This document shows, piece by piece, positions 34,671 to 48,762 of a stretch of 64,000 nt of DNA. Position numbers and translations under genes: made by a program. The stretch comes from Cyanophora paradoxa CCMP329 (taxonomy: Eukaryota > Plantae > Glaucophyta). Each line of letters opens with the position of its first letter. Within the stretch, counting starts at the first letter, position 1. The stretch lies in assembly GCA_004431415.1 (NCBI GenBank), contig QPMI01000579.1, forward strand, positions 1 through 64,000, written 5' to 3'. Under the pieces are notes generated by a model. The model had not been told where the DNA came from. It saw only the letters and a program-made list of their open reading frames with translations, and ran no database searches.

Positions 34671-36537
34671 ATGGGCCGTCCGGGCGACTTTGGAGGCGGA
34701 AGAGGACGCGGAGGACGCGGAGGAACTCGCGGGGGTGGAGGGAGCTGGCGCGGCAGTCGCGGGGACGGTCGCGGGCGCGGGCGCGGCGGCTGGCGAGGTG
34801 ATGGCGGTGCGCGCGATCGTAGCGCAGACGGAAACGGTTATAGCTACAACCAGCACCGCGGGGGAGGTCGCGGCGGAGGACGCGGGGGCCGTGGACGCGG
34901 CGGCGGCGGCGGCTGGCGATCACAGGAGCAGGAGTATGTGCGGGAGGAGCAACCGCAGGAGGAGCAGGATTACCGGGAGGAGGCCGAGGAGCAGGTTGAA
35001 GCCGGCGGCGATGTTGGCGCAGGCGAGGAGAAGGCGGAGCGCGGGCGTGGGGGCAAGCGGCGCGAGGTCGACCGCGAGACGATCACGTACCTGCAGGCGA
35101 GCGCCGGCTGGCCTTTGCTCTTGTGATATCGGAGCTTGCGCATCCGGCTCTGAGCGGCGATCGCGCCGCAGCGCATCGAGCGCCTGCTGGACAAGAACGA
35201 GTTTGCAAGCGAGGAGGGTGCGTGCGTACGCGGGCGTGCGGGCCGCGCGGGGCGCTGAGATCGCGCCGCAGAGTTGACGGGTTTCCTGGAGAACACGTAC
35301 GCGGACATGGAGGGCCAGGAGGTCATGCTCTCCTCGCACGTCTTCGGCAGCAAGATCGTCGAGCGCCTCCTGCGCATGGGGAGCCCCTTCATGGTCCGCG
35401 GCTTCTTCAGCCGCCTCACCCGCAAGAAAGAGTGCTTGCCGCGCGCCGCGCAGCGCCCCGAGCTCGTTCGCGCTTCGCCGACGCTGCGCGGGGGGCGGCG
35501 CAGGCGCGTGGTGCAGCTCTGCACGGACCGCTACTCGTCGCACGTGATGGAGACGGTCCTCGCGCGCGTCCCGGACGCGGTCCCGCTGGACGACGCGGCG
35601 CCGCCGGGCGACGAGGAGGGGGAGGGGGCGGGCGAGGAGCAGGAGGCGCAGGGGCGCCCCGCCAAGGTCGAGGAGAGCGTCCTCTGCGTCTGCGAGGTGC
35701 CGCGCCGCGCGCGCCCGCCCGCGCGGCGCCCTCGCCAGCGGCACCGCAGGGCGTCGAGCACTCGCTCCTGGACCTCATGCAGCAGGCGCGCGCGCGCCGC
35801 GCTGCCCCCCGCGCACGCCGGCCGCCGCTGAGCGCCGTCCTCGCGCAGGCGCACTCGAGCCACGTCCTGCGGGCGCTGCTGCGGCTGCTCTCGGGCCTGA
35901 GGCTGCAGGCGGCCGGCGAGAAGCGCGGCGGCGGCGCGTCGGGCAAGAAGCACCTCAAGGTCCGCACCCCCCCGGCCCCCTGCTGGCTGTTGGCTCCTGT
36001 GCAGCCCGTCCGACCGGCGCCTTCCGCGGGGGGCGCGCGCAGGGGGCGGGGTCGGTGGAGGGGGAGCCGTGGGAGGCGCCCGTGAGCTTCACGGCGGCGC
36101 TGGTGCGGCTCGGGGCCGCCGTCCTGCGCAACCCGCCCAAGCAGGTCGACTTCCTCGCCTTCCACACCTACGCCTCCCCGGTCCTCGCGGTGCCCCGCGC
36201 CCCCCGCCCGCCCGCCCCGCCCAGCGCTTCTTCGTGCCCCGCGCGATCATCCTCCCTTCTCCGCAGGCGCTGCTGGAGGCGCTGGCGAGGGTGGACGACA
36301 CGGGGGGCCAGCGCGTGGGGCCCATCCTGAGGCAGCTCCTCCACCTCCAGGAAGCCGCACCCCCCTCCGCGGGGGACGGCGAGGCCGAGGAGGGCGACTC
36401 GGGCAAGGCGCGCGCGCCTTCTGCTCGACTGTACCCCTCCCCACTTCTCATCCCCGCGGCAGGCGCGGCACGCAGAGCGGCTCGCCTCGCACGCGGTCGG
36501 GAGCCACCTCTTCGAGACGGCGATCAAGGTACCCCCG

Positions 36538-36570
<33 letters not shown>

Positions 36571-38840
36571 GGCGAGCGCGGGCGGCCAGGTGGCGCCGCC
36601 GGACGTGTACGGGGACGTGTACACGCGGGCGCTGCGGCACCGCTTCGCGGAGCTCGCCGCGCACCGCTCCGCCAACTTCCTCGTGCAGCGCGCCCTCGAG
36701 CGCGCCACGCACGAGGCCCAGGCGCGCCCCCCGCGCCCCGCCGCGCTCCCCCTCCTTCCGCCCCCTCGTCTGAACCGCCCCGCCCCGCCCCGCCAGGTCG
36801 CAATGGCCTACGACGAGCTGCAGGGCTCCATCGGGGAGCTCCTCCGTGCGCGCCGCCCCCGCCGGCTCGGCCCGAAGTTGGCGCTGCTCCCCCAGGACCG
36901 GGCTGAGGCCGGGGTGCAGGGAGCGGGCGGGCGGGGGTCGTGCTGAAGCTCGCGGAGGCGTGCGGCCGCTTCGGCGTTAGGAACAAGGAGCTCTGCAAGG
37001 CGCGCCTCCCCTTTTCGCCCGCGCTCGTGCCCCGCTCGGCCCCTTCTCCCCCGCCTGACCGCCGGCACGCATCAGACGGTGGCGGCGGCGGTGGAGGCGC
37101 ACCGGCCCCCGAAGAGCAAGCGCCTTGCCCACGTTCTCCTGGCCGCCGACAGCCGGTACCCCGCCGAGGAGGGCCCCCCGCAGCCGACCACGCTCGGCGC
37201 CCTCATCGTGCAGGCGCGTGCCCTCCTGCGCCCCGCGCTGCGCCCCGCTGAGCCGGGCCGGGCGGCAGGCGCTGCTGAAGCTGGAGGCCGGCTCGAACAA
37301 GCTGCTGGTGGAGTCGTTCATGGGGATGGACCGCGGCAGCGTGGCGGCGCTCGCCAAGGACGGCGCCGGCAGCAGGGCCCTCGAGGCCCTCCTCAGGCAG
37401 TGCCCGGGCCTCGGCCCCCCGGACCGCCTCCGCTTCGTCGCCAAGCTCAAGGGCACCTTCGCCGACGTGCGCACCCTTCCCCCCCGCGCCCTCTGCTCCC
37501 GCCCCTCACGCCCGGTCCGGGGGTACGGCAGCTCGCCGGGGACCGCGCGGGGAGCCACGTGGTCGAGACCTGCTACGCCGTCTCGGACGTGGGCCTGAAG
37601 GCGGGCCGGCCCCGCGCCCCGCAGCCGCGCCGCCCTCACGGCCGCCCGCCCCCGCAGCGCTCGATCGTGGAGGAGCTGGCGAAGGAGGAGGAGAAGCTCG
37701 CCTCGAACACGTACGGGCGGCACACCATCAAGGCCTGCAAGGTCCAGCACTACAAGCGCAAGGTGCTCGCTCCGCCGCGCGTGCGCCGCACCCCGAGCCT
37801 TCGAGGTCACACCCCGCTCGGCGCGCAGGCGGACGAGTGGGAGACGGAGGAGACGGGGAACGAGGCGAAGCGGCGGGTCTTCGCCGACCTGCTCGGGGAC
37901 GAGGCGCCGGCCCCCAAGGCCCCCAAGCCGCAGGCCGCGGCCAGGCCCAAGCCCGCGCCCGAGCCGGGGGCGGGCGCCTCGGAGGGGGAGAAGGGGGCCC
38001 CGAGGAGCGCGCGGGGGATCGTGGAGGCGCACGGGGCCCTGCGCTCCATCCTCTCCACCCTCGGATTCGCGGTGCGGCGCCCCGCCGCGCCACGACGCTC
38101 GCCCCTGGCGGAGCAGGCTCGTGACCGCGGCCGGCGGCGGGGCAGGCGCCTGGGGGCGGGGAGGGCGAGGCGGAGGGGGCGGGGAAGAAGAGGAAGAAGA
38201 AGGAGAAGAAGGGGAAGAAGGGCCGCGCGGCGGAGGCGGAGGCCTCCTCGGGCCTCGAGCTGCGCGCCGACGAGGGGGAGGACGACGCCGAGGGGGGCGA
38301 CCTCGCGGTGCGCGTACCCCCGTCCCCTCATCGCGAGACAACCCGTCGGTACCCCTGACGGGCGGCCGCAGGCGGAGGCGGAGGCGGCGGAGTTCCAGAC
38401 GCAGGACCCGGAGGTCGAGGCCCTGTTCAGGCGGGTGCGTTTCTCCCCAGACCGCATCCGGAGCTCTCCGCCCGGGCCTCCGTAAACGCCCCGCAGGGAC
38501 CCAAGCGGAGGAGGGGAGCCCCGGAATCCAGCGAGGGCGAGGAGGGGGGCGAAGAGCGCGCCGCCGGCGAGTCCGGGGACGAGGAGGGGGAGGCGGCCGC
38601 CGTCGATCCGTCGCTCTCGTTCATCCTGGGTGCGCGCGGCTCAACCGCAGCTCCGGCCGCCTCGGTCCCGGCCACAAGCGCCGGCCTCTGACGCGCCCGC
38701 CAGACGCGATCGGGAGCACGGCGAAGAAGCAGGTGGCCAAAAAGCAGAAGCAGAAAGATGCCAATTCAAAGGAGGGCAAGGCGAAGAAGACCCCGGGCGC
38801 AAAACCCGCGGCCAAGAAGAAGAAGTTCTCAATGCACTAG
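34671..38840 (+). CDS. NOP9: Nucleolar protein 9 (PUF-repeat, NOP9/APUM23-like) with an RGG-rich N-terminus
   Basis: RGG repeats; SHVFGSKIVERLL, DRYSSHVMETV, SSHVLRALL, GSHLFE, SANFLVQ and GSHVVE PUF-like repeats; basic C-terminus. Confidence 0.85.
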
Positions 38841-39002
38841 CTGTACCTATACGTATACGAGTACCTATAGATACCATCTGTTGGATGCAGAATTCACGGC
38901 CGCGGCGGAAGCTGCCCGCGAAGCGAAGGGGAGGAGCAGGCGGGGAGGGGGGAGGAAAGGAGGGGGGAAGGAGCGGGAAGGGCATAGCTATCGAGTGAAT
39001 TG

Positions 39003-40718
39003 ATGGCGGACGACGACGACGACTTCGGCGAATTCGAGTTCGTCGCTGCGCCGCCCGCCGCACCAGCACAAGCTGCAACGCCAGCGCCGCCTCCAGCAGC
39101 GCCGCCAGCCGAGCCGCCTGCAGCAGCTGACGGCGAAGTTGCTCAGCTTGAAGGCGTCGCGGAATCGTCAGGAGGAGCGCAAACAAGTACGCTCAGCTTC
39201 GGCGACGAGGACGATGACTTCGGCGACTTCTCCAGCTTCCAGGCGGTGCGCCGCGTTGTCTTGCAAATGCATGCAATGCGTTCGTGCTTCTGAATGGTTT
39301 GTGCAGGCTGCTCCCGCGCCGGAAGAACCCCCCGCGCTTTCAGATCCCAGACCGCCATCGCCTGCACCTGCGCCACGGCCTGCAACTCCTGCAACTCCTC
39401 CAGCAGCGGAGATGGCGGAGATGCCAGAGCCTCCGCCCGTGTCTCAGGCGCCGGAGCAAGGCAGGGCGGCCGCTGAGCAGGATCATGAGTCTCCGGCGAG
39501 CGAACCGCTCGCAGCTGCCGCATCATCGAGCGCTTTCGAAGACGACGACTGGGGAGATGCCGAGTTTACCAGCGCCCCAGCCGTGCACGCTGCATCCACG
39601 AGCGCGTCGTCTGAGTCCAGCGCTCATGCTGCTACGGCAGTCTCTCCCGAGCAGGAGGCACTGCAGGCCAGCGCATCGATGACTTCGGAGACCGCTCAAC
39701 CAGCAACCGTACATGCGGCGGCGCGGCAGGTTGAAGTGGAAGCACCAGCGATCACTGCAACGGAGCAGCCAGCAGAAAGTACAGGGGTGGACTCGGCCGC
39801 AGCAGTCTCGGTCGAAGAGACAGCAGTCGCAGTTACCTCCAGTTTCGACGATGAGGATGATGATTTCGGAGACTTCGAAGCCGCGAGCACTTCCCAGACG
39901 GCTGCTTCCCCAGCTGCAGCTTCTGCGCCACCCCCATCTGCCCCGGAGCCAGCACAAGAGCACGAAGCAAGCCGGTGTGTATTCCAGATTTTCTCCATCG
40001 GTTGTTATCTAAATCTTCTTCCAGAGTGCTTGAGAACATCAGTATCGCATTTGCGCGCATCGCTGTCCCTCTGCCGAGCGTAGAAGCATCACGAGAACAT
40101 GGAACCAATTCATGCCTTACATCCGGAATGTGCGTCTGTCTTTTAGATATTTGGCCTTCTGCATGTCGCTCACGAGGACGCGGTGCAGCTCGTTCGGCAG
40201 CTCTTGTCCCGAATGCCAGAAACTAGGGCTGACGCAGGCTGGGCCATTGCGAGCTGTGCCACCTCCCTTCGTGCAGGCGAAAGCAGCTAAGCCGGCAGCC
40301 TTGACAGAGGCGCGCTTTGTTCTGGCAAAGAATGTGAGAACTTCAGCTTACGTGATCTGCGACAGCAGGTCCTGGCTTCTATCACGATTGTTAGCCAGAC
40401 ACCCCCCAAGATCCTCCTCGACGACTCCGCCCCGAAGTTCAAGGACTCTCAGTTCTTCAAAAGCATGAAGAAGCTGATGTCAGGCCCTGACGATACCCCT
40501 ACCCGTGCGTCTTTTGGTCTGCACACACTTGATTCATACCCTGAATTTCGCAAGCAGCCCCCAGCTCCCCGCCACCTAGTGAGGCTCCGAAACCTCGGCT
40601 ATCGGATCCCTCCCCTCCAGCCTCCAAGAAACACACTTCGACGCCCAACCACCCCATCCTTCAGGAGATTGCGGATCTGTCTTTCATGCTCATCCCAACT
40701 TTGGTCGTGCGAGATTAG
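39003..40718 (+). CDS. Aftiphilin/gamma-synergin-like AP-1 accessory protein
   Basis: Repeated gamma-ear-binding motifs DDDFGEF, DDDFGDF (x2) and DDDWGDA in a low-complexity chain; C-terminal DLSFML. Confidence 0.6.
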
Positions 40719-40976
40719 GATGAGTCTGCTCCGAGGCTCCGAATGCATGGAATCTTGTTTCACTAGTACGTGAGCTGTTATTATCCCGAATTCAATTATA
40801 CCAGCCGTGGTATTTAGATCCTTGCAATGAAAACATACATTGCAAATAGCATTGAAATATGTTCTGCATTATTATGTGTGTTCTGCGTCCTATCCATACA
40901 TCTGTGATGGGACTGGCCTATCGCCAGCTGTCTAGTGGAGGGTGAGAGTACAGGGGGAGATAGCAACCAGGTGCTT

Positions 40977-42136
40977 CTAGGCAGTCCGGGCAGGGGTCGT
41001 CTTCTTGCCGAGCTTCGGGAAGACGGAGTTGAAGAGCAGGCGGGCCGTGGTGATGATCCAGTTGCCCTCGAGCTCCTTGAACATGTACATGTTCATGCCG
41101 AACGCCTTGTTGGCCTCCTCGACGATCTCCTCGGTCTCCTTGTCGGACAGGGGCAGCGCGTTGAGCGCAGCACGGTACTGGTTCTTGAACGCGCGCTCGT
41201 CGCTGATGGCGGGGAACTCGTAGAACGCAACGCCGCCGTCCTCAAGGCCCATCGCCTTCTCGGCGATCCTCTTCAGGATCTGGCCGCCCGACAGGTCGCC
41301 GAGGTAGCGGGTGTATGAGTGGGCGATGAGGAGCTTCGGGTCGCTCTTGCCGATCTCGTGAATACGGTCGACGTACGCCTGGCCGGCGGCCGAGGCGACC
41401 GCCTGCTCACGCCAGTTCGCGCCTGCGTACGCGCGGGTAAGCACCCGGCGAGTTTCCGTTTTCTTTTTAGAAGAACTAGTGCAACTGCAAGAACGTGCAA
41501 AATTGCGTCATGCTCACCGAAGTAGAACTGCAGATCCTGCTCGAGCGCCTCCTTGCGGTTGAGCTCCTTGAAGTAGATGGGAGCGACCATCGGGTGGTCC
41601 TTGTTGCGCTCCATCTCCTCCTCAATCGCCGAGTACACGTGGTACAGGTTCGCGACGAGCTTGCTGTACGAGGTCTTCTCGACCACTGACGAAGCAAGCG
41701 TCATCCTTTGCGAGGGTCACAGATGCGGGGAGAAACAACGTACGGCCGTTGAGGAAACCCTTCACGAAGTCGACGTTCTCCGCCATGTTGTGAGACTTGG
41801 CGGTACCAACCTTTCGCCGCCGTTGAGCCGCGCGAGGCGAATCACGCGTTAACAAAGCCTCACCTTCAGCTTCTTAGCGAGGCCGATGTCCTTCTGGCGA
41901 GTCGGAGCGGCGGTCTCGGCCGCAACGAAGAACTGGGCGGGGGCGGGAGCCGCCGCAACGAACTGGACGGACTGTCCCGCCATGAAAGACGACGCAGGGC
42001 TGCCAAGGAACGACGACTTCGCCTGAGAAGCGACGGCGACCCGGCGCATCGGCGCCTTCCGCGAGCTCGACTGGGTGGCGACGGCCGGCGACGACGCCTG
42101 GCCGGCGAGGGGAGCGGCAACGGCAAAAGCGGCCAT
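40977..42136 (-). CDS. Plastid-targeted heme oxygenase, cyanobacterial ho1/pbsA type
   Basis: GTAKSHNMAENVDFVKGFL, YSKLVANLY, ELNRKEALEQDL and AHSYTRYLGDLSGGQILK; transit peptide MAAFAVAAP...; three introns. Confidence 0.93.
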
Positions 42137-42316
42137 CTTTACGTATGCGGGTGTGGGAGGTCCCTGCTACGAACGAACGGAGCGAACCAGGTCGCCTATC
42201 ACTCACAGATCCTCTAGGGGGGGATACGAGAGGAGAAGTGGGGATACCAGTTTCGCAGGCCACGTCGCGTTCATCCTAGATCGAACTTGCGTACAGGCTC
42301 TAGCGTGAGCTCAAAG

Positions 42317-42853
42317 ATGCGGGGGCGTGGAGCGATCATCGTTGCGGTGGTGTTGCTGGGTCTGCTCGCGGTGGCAACCGTAGCCGAGGCGAAGGCCAAG
42401 GCTCGGTCGAAGAAGGCCAAGGGCAAGCCCAAGGCCAGCGGCGGCGATGACAAGGAGAAGGTGCGCACAGCGCGCGTAGCTAGCCGCGGTTGCGGCGGCA
42501 CAACGACGCTGGGCGGCCGGCCGCGCGCGCGCAGCGATCGACCGCGATATCTGAGCGCGCCTCTGCGTCAAACTGACGTTCGGTCTCACAGAACATCGAG
42601 GAGACCCTGTCGAAGCTCAAGCACCAGTTCCCCGGCATGAAGGTGTTCTCGCGCGATGAAATCAACAAGCTTGCGAAGGTTTGCGGTGTACGTGGTTTTT
42701 TTCGCGCTCTTTTTTGACGCCCCGGTTCGCAGGATCCCGAACAGTTCGCGGAGAAGGTCCGCCCTGCCGAAGCTGGCTTGATTCCGCGACTTGACCCGCA
42801 AACCCGATGCGCAGTTCGGCGGCCCGCGTCCCGACGATGACGACGACCTGTAG
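42317..42853 (+). CDS. Small secretory-pathway protein with a signal peptide and a DDDL C-terminus
   Basis: MRGRGAIIVAVVLLGLLAVATVAEA signal peptide; four exons; FPGMKVFSRDE; ends DDDDDL*. Confidence 0.65.
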
Positions 42854-42938
42854 AACAGTGTCCAGTGCTTGTGTGTAGCTTTGCACGATTAGGAATAGAT
42901 AACAGACAGAACCTACAAAAGAAGAAACTAGTGCGTTT

Positions 42939-45900
42939 CTATTCTACAGGAGGGAGCCGTTCCCGGGAGGATGGCCTGGGCACAACCTGCAACGCTGCCT
43001 CGAGCTCCTCAATGCGCCTCCTAAGCTTGGCCATCTCCTCACGCTGCATGAAGATCTCGTCGTCCTTGCTCTTGTCTCCAATGGATCGCGCACTCGACAC
43101 ACGCCCGCCAGACGATCGCGGAGTGCCTCCTGTGATCTCCTTCGCCCGTTGCTCCATGCGCATGTTCTTAATCTCTCGCCTGAGCTCGTTGATCTCCCTG
43201 CGGGCGGCCAGTGAGAACAAGCGCGTCACTGGCAGCAGAGAGACTCACTTGATAAGGGTCACGTTCTCCTGCATGATGCGCATGTTGTCCTGCCTGTGCA
43301 TCTCCACGTCCTTTGCTAGCTTGCGCTTGAGGGAGTCCACAGTCTTTTCCAAGTAGTCACGCTGCCTCTGATACTCCTTCTGGATGTCAGAATCAAGATC
43401 CATCGCCTTAGCTGCCACGTCTGCACTCGTGACATGCTTGGCATAGAGCTTCTTGATGGACTCCTGTGAGCACGATGTAAGGAAAAAGAATCTCGTGCAT
43501 TAACAAGGCAAGGGAGGACCTTCAGCAACTTCGGGTCTTGGATGTTCTGTACGGTTTCCTGCAGGTCGTTGCGGAACTTCCGGATGGTGCTCTCAGTATC
43601 TGCAAGCCGAGTGTGCTGTGTTGCCAGCTCGCGCTGAAGGCCATCAAGCTTGAGTCGCAAGTCAGAGATGGTGAGCTCGAGGTTCGAGTTGTTCTTGTGG
43701 TAGCGCTCAAGCTCCTGCGATGGACTCAATCAGGATGGACGAATTTCAACAAGTACTAAAACACGCACTGCATCCATCTCCTTGATTTGCTCCTTCATGT
43801 CAGCAATCTCAAGCTCGCGGGGCTCGATCTGCTTCTTCAGCTCCTTGATCTTGTAGTCCAGCACGAACTTGAATTTCTCAAGCTCCTGGTTCTTCTTCTT
43901 GAGGTCATAGATGCGTTTCTCCTTGTCACCAATCGTTTCATCACGCTCCCGAATCTGTTCAAGATGTTCAGAAACAGACACTGATGTTAACAACATGCTG
44001 CACACCTCCTTCTTGAGACCTGCAATGTCTTTCTCAAGGCCTTGAATAGTTGCATACAGCTCCTTCTCCTTTTCATGCAGCGCCTTAATATCTTCCTTCT
44101 GATCCTCAATGTCCTTCTGCAATGCAGAGAACTTCTTGCGCATGATGCCATTCTCGCCCTTGAGCCGAAGTCCTGCTTCTCGCTCGTTCGCCAGCTTCCC
44201 CTCCGACTTCTCTTTCAGCTCCTCAATCTCTCGGTCTGCATCCTCCTCGATTTGCCGCTTGGTCTCCTCGAATTCCCGCATAAGATCGTCCCGCTCCTTC
44301 TTCAGGCGCTCAATCTCCATCTGGAGCTCCTGTATCTTGTTCTCGTAATCCTCTGTGAGCTCCTGGACTTGACGCTCGTGGCTTTCAACCTGGGCAGGAA
44401 CGTCAGGATGCAGCCAACCGCAACTTGCAGTAAAATATGCACCAGCAAAGCGTTTTGCTCATCCCATCGCTCGTTCTGCTCTTCCTTCTCCTTCATCAAT
44501 TGCTGGTATCGCTCAACTTCCGCCATGATCTTCTGTTGGTATTGTGCCTCGATTTGCTGCAGGGGAGAGTTAGCAGAAAACTATACTACACACATCCCCT
44601 CCAGTGCAGACCGCAATGGCCTGCTGGTGTCGCTCCTCCATCTGCTTCTTTTGCTCTTCATACTCCATCTCCATGTCATTCTTCTCCTGCAGGAGATGGT
44701 CGTGCCTTTGTCGATCTGCCTCAAGTTCCTGCACACCATCTCTCTAAGTCACTGAATTTGCAAATCAGCTTGACATGCCACACCTGCGTGAACTTCTCGG
44801 TAATCTCCTTGATCTTTTCGTTGTAGTTCAGATCCTTGAGGCGGAGCTGGTACTCATTCTGCATCGTGAGCTCCTCGACTTTCGTCTTGAGCTCCTGCAT
44901 GAGAGCAGTCTTCTCCTCAAGATCTGACTTCGTGACAAGGATCTGGAGATAAATTCAGCAAGATAGCACTTCGAGCAGAATGCCGGCAATGACCTCTTCA
45001 GCATATGGCAGCATTTCTTTCTCACGCCCTCCCCTAGCCCTCCCCTCCTTGTCTCGAATGTCGAAGATGTAGAGAGTGGAGTCGTCACTAGCACAGAACA
45101 GGAACATATCATCGAAAGATATTCGAAGCCGGGAGACAGGTCCACTGCAGAGCCAGGTAAGGGCCAGATTATGCGGTACAGGAAATAGTGCTCGCACCTG
45201 TGGCACTGATACTCTTGGTACTCTCCTGTCAAGGGGAATTTGTAGGATCGTATTGTGCCTATCTCGCTTCCTGCAAAGAACATCCTCCCAGAGTGCGACA
45301 GCACAATCTGTGTCAGAGCAGGCCCAGTATCGTATTCCTTGTTGATAATGGAGTCGCCGCTGATTTCCTGCACATTTGTCAGATGCTGCAGCTGAGCGAT
45401 ATGGGCATTTGCACCTTCAGCTTCCTGTCCGACCCAACAGCAAGAATCGAGCGTCCATCTGGGGTGCCCACAACACAGGTGTAGTTGCAGCTCTTAAGAA
45501 CATTCTCGCCCTCGCGCTTGAAATCTTTGAGCTTCCACTCGTAGACAGCGCCATCCATACCAGCAGAAATGAGGCGGCTGTCATCCGGTGACCAGTGAAC
45601 TGACCGGACTTTGCCATTGTGACCACGAAGATTGCCAATGTTCTCGCAGGTGTACGTGGCAAAGATTTGGATGGTGTTTCCGTTCACAGCCGCGAAGTAC
45701 TGCCCTCCGTTGCTGAATCGGCACTGCAGCAAAATTGTAAGGGCAAGGAGCAAGCTTGATAGTTCAACACTGCCAACCTCGCGACAAGCTTTGATCGCGA
45801 ACTCCTTGTAGGGGCGAATGTCATCCATTAGCAGGTTCATCAACTTCAGCTTGTCGCTGAATCCCACCTGCATTTCGCAAATCAGCTTTGCAATAAGTAA

Positions 45901-47405
45901 GTTGCAGAGAGGACTTACAAGGATGTGAAGTCCAGAGGGGTGGAAAGCCACGGAGAAAGCTTCTTCGGTAAACATCTTCATCAGTTCCATAGTCTTCTCG
46001 AGATAGTTCCACACTCTGACAGATTTGTCCGTGCCACTGGTCACAACAAGTGGCTTTCGAATACAGACATCCACGCCAGTGACAGGGCCAGAGTGGAAGG
46101 ATTGTGAAAGCAAATCGAAGTTCATCTCGTCCGCCTATTCTGGCTCGTAAGCGAAAAAATCAGAGCGCTCAAGGCAGATGAGCAAACCTTCAAGATGTCT
46201 GTGTTAGACAGGGTGAGGACGAATGTCTGGTTGTTCTCCAATGAGCACAGCAGGCTCTCTTCAGAGGGACTGACTGCGAGGTTCTTAATCTTCACAGCAT
46301 TGTTCTCAATCTTGAAAGTCTTTGAGCGCTTGTAGAAGTCTTTGTCGTCTGACTTCTCAAACACGTGGAGGATGCCACCATCACCTCCACAGACGAATCC
46401 CTGTTGCAAAGATCATTAAAGAGAATATACAAAGCATCGTTTTGGCTCAGCGACTCGCCTTAGAATAGGGCAAGATTGCATCGATCGAGTTGCCATCTGC
46501 AGGTGATTGCGGCAGAACCATCTTGAGCTCTCCACCTTCGATCAGGAGCAAATCGCCGGTGTCAGATGCTACAAGCAATCGATCCTCTGACATCCACGTG
46601 TGACAGAGGTAATTCTGCAACTCAAATGAGCTCGAGAGGTAACGACATATAGAACGCCTCGTACCTGCGGTTCTCGTTTGCCTAATGCACTTGGACTCTG
46701 CTTAAAGTTGTTATCCACCACTCTAAACAGCTTGAAGATGGTGTTGCCCGTCACTGCAACAACGGTGCTGTCTACTGGGTTGAACGAGCACTGGTAGATA
46801 GGGGAACCCTGCTGGTTGGTCGTTTTAGTGAACGCCGCGACCTTTGCCTTCTCCCACGTCCAGAGCACTAGCGTCCAGTCGGGGGCGCCGCCTTGAGAGA
46901 GCAGGAACTTCGAGTCCGGCGAGAAGCACATGGATATGTACTCCTGCGCGGGCGGGGCGCATTAGCGGGCTGAACCGGAGTACGTGATGCACTAATCGTG
47001 TAAGGTTCAGGCGCACTTTCGACCCGCACTCTGCCGTCGACAGGACTTTCCGGCGCTTGAGTGTGTGCAGGTCGAACACCGTGATAAGCCCCTTCTCCGA
47101 CTTTTCCGCGATGGCTACGTACTTCCTGTTGGGACTGACACACATCGCTGTGATCCCCTCAGTCTTTTCTGTACCGGGGATGAATTTCTGCGCCCGCTGC
47201 TCGATGTTGTAGATGATCGTGTTGTGGCCCGCGGGGTAGATGACGGACTGCTCCTCCAGGTAGCACACATTGTCCTTGACATCGCCTTTGAGGCCAAAGG
47301 CGTGCCTGGGCGAAGCAGGGCACAGTCAGGGCGGCCGCTCAACGCGGGTCAACATAGCTAAAAGTCCGCGACGCACCGGTGGAGGAGCGCAGCTATCGTC
47401 GTCAT
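42939..47405 (-). CDS. CFAP57: Cilia/flagella-associated protein 57 (WD40 plus coiled coil)
   Basis: [57 protein letters not shown] and [26 protein letters not shown]. Confidence 0.93.
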
Positions 47406-47656
47406 GTTCGCGCAGCTGTCTGGCGCCTGTCGCCCGCTGGTCCCTCACTCCGGCTCACTACCGCCGAGCCCGCGCTTGTCCGCCACGGACTGACCTCCCG
47501 GTCGACGCCCAGGATCGCTGTTCGAGTCGCACACCAATGAGCTATAATCCTGTGCCACGCTGGACTCTGGTCTAGGCGGGCTCGCTTGTTCCCTTTTAGC
47601 TGTTGAAATACAATACCCTCCAGGACCTAAAGTCCCCGATACCCCGGTGTCAGATC

Positions 47657-48762
47657 ATGATCGGTTTCTCTATCGTCCCTGCGGCCGCCCCGCCAGCCGC
47701 GGGCGCGTCTTTGCGTGCTTCTTGCGTCCCTCAGGCTGTGTGCCCGCTGCGGCGACGAGTCAGAGTCCTCGACGGCGTAGATCGGCCGTGCACGTTCCTG
47801 GGACCTCGCTGCGAGGACGCTGCAGAGAACGGGCCGCAATGGCAGGCGACTACTTTCTCAAGGGTGGCCGCCGGTAGGCCGGATCTTTCGCCCTCGTGCC
47901 CCTGAAGCGCGGCCACGTGCGGGGACTGACGGGACCCGCGATTGCATACGCAGGCTTCTCCTCGAGGACTCTTAGCTCCTTTATGTCACGCCCGCCGACC
48001 CTGGCCGGCGCCGATTCGCAAGATATCGAGTCCGAGCTGCCGAATGTTCCTTCCATGCCCGCTGACGCTGCGCTGTCGGCGGATCTGTCGGAAGAAGACA
48101 CACAAAGGAAGCTCTTTGTGATCTGCGGGCCGTCCGGCGTGGGCAAGTCTGTCCTGATCAAGCGGCTGCTGGTTGAGTTCCCGCACAGCTTCGGCTTCTC
48201 AGTCTCGCACACGACGCGAGCGGCGCGGCCCGGCGAGGTGGACGGCGTAGATTATCACTTCAGCTCAAAGGAACAGATGCAGCAGGCTATCAACGACGGC
48301 CGCTTTGTCGAGTTCGCGAACGTGCACGGGAATCTCTACGGCACGGCTTTTAGCGCCGTACAGGACGTCATTTCGGAGGGAAGAATCTGCATTTTGGATC
48401 TGGACCCGCAGGGCGTTCGGGCGGTCATGGCGCGGGCGCCGTCCTGCCTCCGTGTCTTCATTGCCCCGCCCTCGTTGGAGGAGTTGGAGCGGCGTTTGCG
48501 CGGCCGGGCGACGGAGTCAGAGGCGTGCATCAACCGGCGCATTAGCAACGCGCGTGATGACATCGCGTTCTCGAGCGCGCCGAACGTCTTTGATCGAGTT
48601 ATCGTGAACGAGGATCTTGACGTCGCGTACGCTCAGCTGCGGGATGCTGTTGTCCCCCTTCTTGCATCCTATTCCCAGCGCCAATCCGAGTTTACTGTCT
48701 CCGTCACGGAGGAGATGGAGTTTCTCGGGCCTGCGTTGTTCGACGAGCCTGTGCTCCAGTGA
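47657..48762 (+). CDS. Guanylate kinase with an organellar transit peptide
   Basis: GPSGVGKS, SHTTRAARPGEVDGVDYHF, EFANVHGNLYGT and FIAPPSLEELERRL; first exon MIGFSIVPAAAP... followed by one intron. Confidence 0.9.
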
